Source: Candidatus Fermentibacteraceae bacterium (GTDB taxonomy: Bacteria; Fermentibacterota; Fermentibacteria; Fermentibacterales; JCC-6). Taken from it: a DNA stretch of 53,389 bases. The notes under the pieces are model-generated. The model was not told where the DNA came from and ran no database searches. It saw only the letters and a list, made by a program, of their open reading frames with translations. Location of the stretch: contig JAWLEP010000020.1 of NCBI GenBank assembly GCA_041686025.1, positions 1 through 53,389 on the forward strand, written 5' to 3'. Below are positions 46,872 to 53,389 of this stretch, piece by piece. The position numbers and the translations under genes are program-made. Position 1 is the first letter of the stretch, and each line of letters starts with the position of its first letter.

Positions 46872-49160
46872 ATGATGATATACGCCATCCTGTTTATGGT
46901 CATAGGATCCTATCCGGATACCATCTCTTACAGAGCCGTGTTTGCCGACAGCCAGCTTACCTTTGAGACGATTCAGGATTTTGACCTGGTAACCTTGGAC
47001 AATGCTCAACACATCAGAAATTGTGGGTATCCGGCACTTCCCTGTAAGACCTACCTCTTTGTGATTCCTGCCGGCTCCCGAATAGCGAACGTGGACTATG
47101 CGATTCTGGACAGTAGTTCGATAGATGGTACGTATGAAATCTGGCCTGCTCAGCACTCCATTCCGATTTCGTGGGATGACTCAATCCCTGCAACTGACCC
47201 GGATTCCGCAATATATGGACTTGCCTTCAACTGGCCTGATCGAGTTGCACAGGGAAGTCAGATAGGAGAAATTGACGTTACTGAGTTAGCCAGGGTGGAT
47301 GTGTTCCCCGTTGCATGGAATCCCCAGACAGGGCGACTTACCCTTCGGGAAGAGATCGATATAGACATCATCCTCACGGCCGATACGCTCCCTGCACCTT
47401 CGCCAGTCACCATGACTCACAGATTCTGGGACCGTCGGCTAGAGTGGTTATCGGATCTGGTCGAGAACGACGACGATATCGCGACCTATTCAACGGCTTC
47501 CAACCTTGTAGACGAGAACAGCCGCGATACCGATGGAGTCCCCGATGCAGTGGACTGCATGATCCTGACACGAGATGCCTGGGCTGATTCATGGCAGCCA
47601 CTTGTTGACTGGAACATCAAGCGCGGTCTCTATACCGAGGTTCTTACGCTGGAGGAGATATCGATCCGCGCGGGTGTTGACTGGGATGCAGGCGAAGACT
47701 GGCTTGAGACTATCCGGAACTGTATTCGTTGGCAGCATGCGCAGAAGGGAGTTCATTACTTCCTTCTTGGCACGGACGCCACGGACTATTCTGAGGGGTC
47801 TCCTAGCGAAAATGAAGTCCCCATGAGGTATTGTGAACTCTATGTATGGCTTCCTGGTGAATTCAACCATGCTGATACGGACTGGTACTACGCCTGCCTC
47901 AGCCCCCTTTGGGATTGGCAGACCAATGACAATCCAGACTGGGGTGAATACCATCCATCGGATCCTGCACAGAACGACTGGATGGACATGCTCCCGGAGG
48001 TGGCTGTAGGACGTATCCCCGTCCACAACTCTCTCGAGGCCCATGATGCAGCGGTACAGTCGGTAGCATATCAGAGGCATGAGCATGGATCGGCCGACCC
48101 AGGTGCTGACCTTCTGGTCGTAAGCGCCAATGTTGAACGAAATCAGGAGAACGTGGAGTTCCCCATGACGTGGGAGCACCTTCAGGAGATAGTCTCGGTA
48201 GTTCCATCATACATTAGCAGGCAATGGCTGGCAGAAGAGGGGAATCAGATTCCTGAAGCCGATCCTATTAGTCCCACGGCTGTAAGAGAATGTCTGGATG
48301 GTACCACTGCTGGGAGTGGCTACTATAGGGCCAACTTCGGGGGACATGGAGGAGCAGAATGGATAGCGGCAAATGCTACGGGCATGCCGGGATCGGACAA
48401 GGTATATGATGATGATCTGCGAGGGCTTGGTGGCGACGACGGCATGTACTGCACCGGCCACGCCTTCAACTGTCTGACTGGAAGATTCATAACCCCCGAT
48501 CCCGATGTTCCCGTTTCAATTGCCGAGACCTGGGTCGGTGCTGACCTGAACCTCGATGAAGCTCCACTTGGGCCGGCATACACTGGCAACTCCATAGGTG
48601 GACTTGATTATCCAGAGCCTGGCGCAAGCTCTTCACACAAGCTCAATCGCTGGATACTCGAAGGTCTCTATTCAGGAGGACCTGCCGAGGGTGGTGCGTG
48701 GGGTATTGGTGATGTCCTGTGCCATGCAAAGACGATCTACTCCCGTGATTATCTGGGCGATGCGTATCCGACTCAGATTCCCGATCCCATAGAGATAGGT
48801 TACGAAGCATGGGAGCCCATGTGGGATCTGAAAGGGTGCAACCTCGCCGGGGATCCGGCGATGCCCATTTGGGTACGCGAGCCCTGGGGATGGACATCAA
48901 TTTATCCATCTACTGTCGAATGTCCCGCTCAGTTTACCATACAGGTGGAGACCGGCGGTGGTGTAGCTCTTGAGGGAGTACGCGTATGCCTGATGATGCG
49001 GTCCCAGCGGGGCTTTGAAATCTACGAAAGGGGCTTTACGGACGCATCGGGCGAGTACTCAACCAGGCTGGAGCCTTCTTTCTCCGGAACCATGTTCGTT
49101 ACCCTGACCAAGCAAGGCCATATGCCCGATGAGGGCGAGGTGAGTCTGCTAGTTGATTAG
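46872..49160 (+). CDS. Second C25-family (gingipain-like) cysteine peptidase, no C-terminal sorting domain
   Basis: GGAGGAG RBS; propeptide 'GYPALP'; 'YFLLG.D', 'TDWYYACL', 'VGRIP'; dyad 'NFGGHG' / 'AFNC'; 'NL.GDP'; ends with the Ig-like C25_C domain. Confidence 0.85.
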   Translation: MMIYAILFMVIGSYPDTISYRAVFADSQLTFETIQDFDLVTLDNAQHIRNCGYPALPCKTYLFVIPAGSRIANVDYAILDSSSIDGTYEIWPAQHSIPISWDDSIPATDPDSAIYGLAFNWPDRVAQGSQIGEIDVTELARVDVFPVAWNPQTGRLTLREEIDIDIILTADTLPAPSPVTMTHRFWDRRLEWLSDLVENDDDIATYSTASNLVDENSRDTDGVPDAVDCMILTRDAWADSWQPLVDWNIKRGLYTEVLTLEEISIRAGVDWDAGEDWLETIRNCIRWQHAQKGVHYFLLGTDATDYSEGSPSENEVPMRYCELYVWLPGEFNHADTDWYYACLSPLWDWQTNDNPDWGEYHPSDPAQNDWMDMLPEVAVGRIPVHNSLEAHDAAVQSVAYQRHEHGSADPGADLLVVSANVERNQENVEFPMTWEHLQEIVSVVPSYISRQWLAEEGNQIPEADPISPTAVRECLDGTTAGSGYYRANFGGHGGAEWIAANATGMPGSDKVYDDDLRGLGGDDGMYCTGHAFNCLTGRFITPDPDVPVSIAETWVGADLNLDEAPLGPAYTGNSIGGLDYPEPGASSSHKLNRWILEGLYSGGPAEGGAWGIGDVLCHAKTIYSRDYLGDAYPTQIPDPIEIGYEAWEPMWDLKGCNLAGDPAMPIWVREPWGWTSIYPSTVECPAQFTIQVETGGGVALEGVRVCLMMRSQRGFEIYERGFTDASGEYSTRLEPSFSGTMFVTLTKQGHMPDEGEVSLLVD

Positions 49161-50601
49161 GACAGGTCTTTCCCTGCTTCTAACGCTGCCGGCAACTGCT
49201 TCGGCCGACTTCGTCTTCGGCCCAGAGATTGGAATAGACACCCACCCCGAAGCACCCACAGCAATGACGGATGTGGTCAGGACTGTGGAGGGCAGGTTTG
49301 TAACCATCTGGGATGGCAGCGGCATACTGAGTGCCTACTCGGACGATTTCGGGCAGACTTGGAGCTACAAGACTTCGGTCAGTGATCCCGAAGCATATGC
49401 GGAGAACTTTCCCAAGGTTACGGATGACTCCCTTGGCAATCTGTATGCAGTATGGCACGATTGCCGTGGTCCAGAGCCCTACGCTATCTATTTCAGCCGC
49501 TCTCTGGACGGAGGCGAGACCTGGCTATGGCCCAACGTCGAGGTAACCGATGACGGAGGATACGGAGAATGTCCAAGCATAGCCTCCAATGCCGACGGGT
49601 CCCGTTTGGTTACGGTCTTCAATCTCCCCGATGGTCCCTATCGAGCATATGCCAGCTACTCGACAGACGGTGGAATGACCTGGTCCGCCGATACTCCTGT
49701 AGGCGATGTGATATCTGCCGGTCAGTACTATCCCGTTGTTGAGCACACTGGCGAAGATCGGTTCACCGCTATATGGCTCGATAAGCGCGATACCGAAACC
49801 TACGTCTACTGCTCTGTCTCAGAGGATGGAGGGGAGACATGGGTTCAGCCCAATATCCCGGTCCCCTGTGGAGGACATAGTCCCGCTGCCTACAGCCTCG
49901 ATCTTCATTATGACGGCTCTTTTCTGCATGCATACTGGATAGAGCAGTACTGGACTGATGCATCAGTATATGAGGTCTTCTATTCCCAATCACGGGATGG
50001 TGGATATGCTTGGCTTGAAGAGCCAGTGCGGATAGATCCCGGAGGAACAGGTTTGTTTCGGAAGAAAGGGGGCATTTGGGCATCGAATCCCGAAGCCATC
50101 TATGCAGCTTGGGTTTCTGGTTTGGGTTACACCCGACATGCGGTCTGCTCAGCCAGCTCGGACTCGGGCAAGACATGGAGTGAGCCGATGATAGCAAATC
50201 CTGAAAGTGCTGAGGCCTGGTTCTGCGATATCTATGGCGACATTGCCTCCAGAGAGATTCTAATGACCTGGAACAACCAGGACAATCAACACATCAAATG
50301 CGCTCACGGCTACGATGATACAGGGATAGAGCAGGAAGAGGCTCCTCCGTTCAGCTTTAGTGTATCTGAGAATCCCTTTCACGCCTCGGTACGGATAATG
50401 ATCGAAGGAGAAGAGCATCCTGACCTGCTGGAGGTCTTCGACCTTTCAGGGAGGCGGCTGACCGGTCTGCATCCTCACAGCGATAGCACCTTCATATGGG
50501 AGGGTACGGATTCATCGGGGGATGAGGTCCCAGCGGGCGCTTATATCATCCGAGGAATCTGTGAGGGCGGAATGTCTGCTATCAGGGTCGTGAAGCTGTA
50601 G
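49153..50601 (+). CDS. Secreted BNR/Asp-box beta-propeller (sialidase-like fold) with C-terminal T9SS/FlgD-like domain
   Basis: Signal peptide; six Asp-boxes (SDDFGQTW, SLDGGETW, STDGGMTW, SEDGGETW, SRDGGYAW, SSDSGKTW); tail 'NPF...VFDLSGRR...WEG.D..G..VP.G.Y..R'. Confidence 0.88.
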   Translation: MIRTGLSLLLTLPATASADFVFGPEIGIDTHPEAPTAMTDVVRTVEGRFVTIWDGSGILSAYSDDFGQTWSYKTSVSDPEAYAENFPKVTDDSLGNLYAVWHDCRGPEPYAIYFSRSLDGGETWLWPNVEVTDDGGYGECPSIASNADGSRLVTVFNLPDGPYRAYASYSTDGGMTWSADTPVGDVISAGQYYPVVEHTGEDRFTAIWLDKRDTETYVYCSVSEDGGETWVQPNIPVPCGGHSPAAYSLDLHYDGSFLHAYWIEQYWTDASVYEVFYSQSRDGGYAWLEEPVRIDPGGTGLFRKKGGIWASNPEAIYAAWVSGLGYTRHAVCSASSDSGKTWSEPMIANPESAEAWFCDIYGDIASREILMTWNNQDNQHIKCAHGYDDTGIEQEEAPPFSFSVSENPFHASVRIMIEGEEHPDLLEVFDLSGRRLTGLHPHSDSTFIWEGTDSSGDEVPAGAYIIRGICEGGMSAIRVVKL

Positions 50602-50621
50602 CCCTTCTCAAACTTGGCAGC

Positions 50622-50945
50622 TCACGTATGGTGATATCCTGCTTCGCCAGCAGTCCCCCACTCCTCCATCTCCCCGAGCTTCTCCTCCGGCAGCTTCAGC
50701 AGGCAGAGCCACTGCGTGATTCTGTCGTACGAGACGCCATGCCGTTCGGCAAGCTGTATTCTGTCCAGCCCTAAGCGGACCATTTCGGCGTGAAGCTCCC
50801 GCGCATAAGTGACCGGGTTGCGGTATCGCTTCTTCCTGCGGGGACGATTCCTGACATCAGGACGCCTTGCTGTGACCGAATACGAGCCCCAACTTTGTTT
50901 TAGACTGGAGAGGTACTCGGTTCTCGAGCCGAATGCGCTCTTTCC
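50622..50945 (-). pseudogene. Relic ParB-like helix-turn-helix gene
   Basis: Open minus-strand frame encoding 'KRYRNPVTYAREL...QLAERHGVSYDRITQWLCLLKLPEE'; no suitable upstream start codon and an apparently frameshifted tail. Confidence 0.55.
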
Positions 50946-51257
50946 TCATATATTATACGCTATCAAGAGAACGTAAATCTGCTTCCATTACCGCCTTGCA
51001 CTAGACAGGGGCAGATCAGCGATTTTGAGGCGGGTAGAAACGAGTAAGATAGAGACTTAATCATGCCGATAAGGCCCTTCTCAGTTGGGCCATCCGGCCG
51101 ATCCAAGCCATCAGCGGTTTCCAAGTAGAGATCATCAGGGGTACCAGATTTCTAAACGTATCCAGTTTGCCCACCCAATAGCGCTATTTTAGAACTAGTA
51201 CAGAATTTTTCAACGCATCAACTACGGGGTCCTGTAGTTCAGGACTGATTTCTTTAG

Positions 51258-51857
51258 TGTCCCCGAACGGGGATGGGTGAAACCCCTCGTCTTTAGGCGA
51301 AGCCTTCAGGGGGCTTGCAGTATTGTATATTGGGGTCATGGATGGCTACCGGAGTGGATCTCATAAAGTATACCGACTGCACTACCATTTCATCTTCATT
51401 CCGAAATACCGCAAGCCGGTGTTGCGTAATGAGGTTGGTCATCGAGTGCGCGAGTTGGTCCGAGAGATATGTCGTAGCCGGGACATAATCATCGTCAAGG
51501 GTCATATCCGTCCAGATCATATACACTTACTGTTGAGCGTACCGCCGAAGTATTCTCCGAGCCAAGTGATCCAGGCCATCAAGGGCAAGACATCGCATCA
51601 TCTTCTTCAGGATTTTCGGACCCTGCGTCGTGAGTTCTGGGGTCGACATTTCTGGGCGCGTGGGTACTTCGTAGCATCGAGTGGGAACGTTACGGACGAA
51701 GTGATAGCGGAGTATATAGAGAATCAGGATGTCGAGCCCCAGAACGACGAGAACTTCAAGATCACCGAGTGATGGCCTGGGAGCTTGGCGAGGTCTTTAG
51801 GCGACTTTAGTCGCCCACCGAACCCACCGCCTTTAGGCGGTGGCGGTCAGTTATTCA
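51258..51857 (+). mobile_element. IS200/IS605-family element (tnpA only)
   Basis: tnpA flanked by TTTA-loop hairpins (TCGTC-TTTA-GGCGA 51287-51300; GGCGAC-TTTA-GTCGCC 51800-51815; CCACCGCC-TTTA-GGCGGTGG 51824-51843). Ends inferred at TTAG| and TTCA|. Confidence 0.8.
51338..51772 (+). CDS. tnpA: IS200/IS605 Y1 (HUH) transposase TnpA
   Basis: 'YHFIF.PKYR', 'DHIH' HUH motif, 'KGKTS', 'FWARGYF', 'YIENQ' catalytic Tyr helix. Confidence 0.96.
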   Translation: MDGYRSGSHKVYRLHYHFIFIPKYRKPVLRNEVGHRVRELVREICRSRDIIIVKGHIRPDHIHLLLSVPPKYSPSQVIQAIKGKTSHHLLQDFRTLRREFWGRHFWARGYFVASSGNVTDEVIAEYIENQDVEPQNDENFKITE

Positions 51858-51892
51858 ATCCATTATACAACTCATATTGTATTGGGAGCGTG

Positions 51893-51982
51893 ATGAAGAA
51901 GAACTCTTGCCCTTCATGCGGTGCTTCTATCGAGATCGACTCCAATCACTGTGACTATTGCGGTTCAGCACTTGTATCCTGA
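51893..51982 (+). pseudogene. Zinc-ribbon protein N-terminus truncated by the IS1634 insertion
   Basis: GGGAG RBS; MKKNSCPSCGASIEIDSNHCDYCGSALV; the stop is supplied by the putative IS end CCTGA. Confidence 0.65.
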
Positions 51983-53389
51983 ATTCCCGCCTAAGTTATA
52001 CCTACGCTGGCGGTGAGATGTCGAAGGCCCTGTAGATATCCTTCTGCTTCCTGGTCAGGGGAAAGAGAATCCGCCTGTCGTCGATGACCTGTGTCCGCAG
52101 CTTCTCCAGCGTACGGATCAGCTCCTTCATGGTCATCTTCTCGTAAAGCCCCTTCTGCAGCATCGTGTGATGTATGCGCGACAGCATGATGAGTGCGATG
52201 AAGCCCACAAACACCTTGCTCTCCATGGCCTCCTGGGAGTGGACCCGCAGCCGGTCCAGCCCAAGGCTGCCCTTCAGCCGCATGAAGCCCTTCTCGACGA
52301 CGTCCTTCGCCCTGTAGATCCCGATTGCCTCAGCGGCATCGCTTACGTGATTGCTGACCGTCACCAGCCAGCCGGCGCGGGCCAGCTCACGCTCCACTAC
52401 GTCCTCTCGGACGTTGACGGTGTAGCCGCTCTCCCGCTTCTGCGAGCGGCGGATGATCAGGTATCGCTCGTACTGCTTCTTAAGCAGGCCGTTGTCCGGA
52501 TCGGCCTCGGCCGCCTCGACCAGCTTTCGCACATGCCCATACAGGCTGTTCTTCACCGCCGCGGCCTTCATGTCGTTGTAGAACACGTGGACGTACAGCT
52601 TCCGCCCCTTCGACCAGGCACGCTCCTTCGAGACGCCCCGCAGGATGTCGGCCCCGCTCACTATCGTGTTCCTGAGGGTGTCGATCCTCCCCCGCTCCGC
52701 CTCCAGCTGCCTCTTCGCAAAGCCCATCGTCATCGGCAGCGACATCAGGAACCGGGTGTTCTCCCTGCGCAGCAGGCCGTTGATGTTACTGCGGCTGGTA
52801 AAACCCTTGTCCATCACCACCAGGATGTTCTCATCGCCTCGGGGACCAAGCTGGCCCATCGTCGTCTCCAGGGTGCTGACGTCCCTGATGCTGCCACTGT
52901 ACACGGTCATCCGCACCGGCAGATGCGTCTGCTGACCCATGAGCATGCAGAGGTTGACCTGCGGCAGCCTGTCCCCGCTGCGGTTGTACCCCCACTCAAC
53001 GTCGTCTATCAGCTCCGACCACGAGGAGACGCTGGTTATGTCCAGAGCCAGGTACTCCCGCTCACTGCGGTAACCGGCCCAGCTGCCGTAGAACCGCTCC
53101 CTGTCCTCGGCCGTGATCGACCGCAGCAGCTCGCTTATCCGCTGTGAGCTCATCGTGCCCACACCGTCGATATCGCTGCCCTCCACCCAGTCGGCGCAGT
53201 AGGACACGGGTTCTCCACAGCAGACCAGATAGGACGCCAGCGCAAAGATCCGCTCGTGCAGCGAAGGGAACGCACCACGCAGTACCTCGCCCAGACCGAT
53301 GTCCCTCGCTATGCCCCGCAGCAGATGGACCATCCCCGTACGGACTATCGCAGACCGCCTTACATCCTCCACGCTGAACTCCGGAGTTA
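51978..53389 (-). mobile_element. IS1634-family insertion sequence (partial)
   Basis: Transposase gene; putative terminus CCTGAATTCCCGCC.. at 51978, where composition changes. The other end is outside the window. Confidence 0.8.
52002..53387 (-). CDS. IS1634-family DDE transposase (5' end outside the window)
   Basis: 'LDITSVSS', 'GYNR..D.LPQ.NL', 'G...D', 'VMDKGF.S', 'Y..KD.VEK.F..LK', 'RVHS'. Frame open to the window edge. Confidence 0.92.
   Translation of the reverse strand, partial: TPEFSVEDVRRSAIVRTGMVHLLRGIARDIGLGEVLRGAFPSLHERIFALASYLVCCGEPVSYCADWVEGSDIDGVGTMSSQRISELLRSITAEDRERFYGSWAGYRSEREYLALDITSVSSWSELIDDVEWGYNRSGDRLPQVNLCMLMGQQTHLPVRMTVYSGSIRDVSTLETTMGQLGPRGDENILVVMDKGFTSRSNINGLLRRENTRFLMSLPMTMGFAKRQLEAERGRIDTLRNTIVSGADILRGVSKERAWSKGRKLYVHVFYNDMKAAAVKNSLYGHVRKLVEAAEADPDNGLLKKQYERYLIIRRSQKRESGYTVNVREDVVERELARAGWLVTVSNHVSDAAEAIGIYRAKDVVEKGFMRLKGSLGLDRLRVHSQEAMESKVFVGFIALIMLSRIHHTMLQKGLYEKMTMKELIRTLEKLRTQVIDDRRILFPLTRKQKDIYRAFDISPPA

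Larger units (their letters stand above)
46798..53389. other. tRNA-Arg-anchored accessory region / degraded genomic island (right edge outside the window)
   Basis: Abrupt GC drop right after the tRNA CCA (spot counts about 47-58% versus about 68%), pseudogene fragments and two IS elements. Confidence 0.7.

Noticed and set aside
49153..50601. Active sialidase
   Set aside because: Asp-boxes show the fold only; no FRIP motif is visible, so activity is not claimed.
51338..51772. REP-associated tyrosine transposase (RAYT) or TnpB/omega-RNA system
   Set aside because: The protein has IS200-type motifs (PKYR, FWARGYF, YIENQ), not the RAYT 'NP' motif, and no tnpB follows.
1..53389. CRISPR array, cas genes, retron/reverse transcriptase, toxin-antitoxin or restriction-type defence genes
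   Set aside because: No regularly spaced repeats or diagnostic motifs were found by eye on either strand.

Overview
A GC-rich (about 68-70% by spot counts) chromosomal window from a diderm bacterium. It carries FCB-superphylum-type markers (MPSGKK-type bS22 peptide, C25 gingipain-like proteases, T9SS/FlgD-like C-terminal domains, a DUF5683-like motif); a Fermentibacteria-like lineage is my inference only. Layout: (1) 438-23738 is one tightly coupled + strand run: der-plsY; a Wzm/Wzt glycan-export locus with two GT-C (ArnT/PMT-like) transferases, two B12-binding radical SAM enzymes, a YdjC/HpnK deacetylase, GT9, GT2 and a WcaJ-like initiator; a degenerate PAS-pseudokinase and pseudo-REC-GGDEF pair; two predicted outer-membrane proteins, a CBM48 lipoprotein and an orphan MalK-type ATPase; a WecA-like transferase and a 1003-aa O-antigen-ligase-like protein. 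(2) 23932-32990 is rimP-nusA-infB-rbfA-truB-ribF-rpsO-pnp-dut, preceded by a leader terminator. (3) 32987-46797 holds LptE, hypotheticals, a dipeptidase, apbE-amrS-NusG-II, an RsiV-like protein, a divergent aminotransferase/amidase pair, an AI-2E transporter, a C25 protease, tRNA-Ala(GGC), HU, an uncalled bS22, a YfcE phosphoesterase and tRNA-Arg(CCG). (4) From tRNA-Arg to the end is a lower-GC accessory region with a second C25 protease, an Asp-box propeller, recombinase-element relics, an IS200-type element and a partial IS1634. The best candidate for a new system is the HpnI/J/K-like plus GT-C glycan-tailoring module inside the ABC-exported glycan locus, followed by a probable c-di-GMP-binding pseudoenzyme pair. 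All calls come from motif recognition by eye; no database searches were run.
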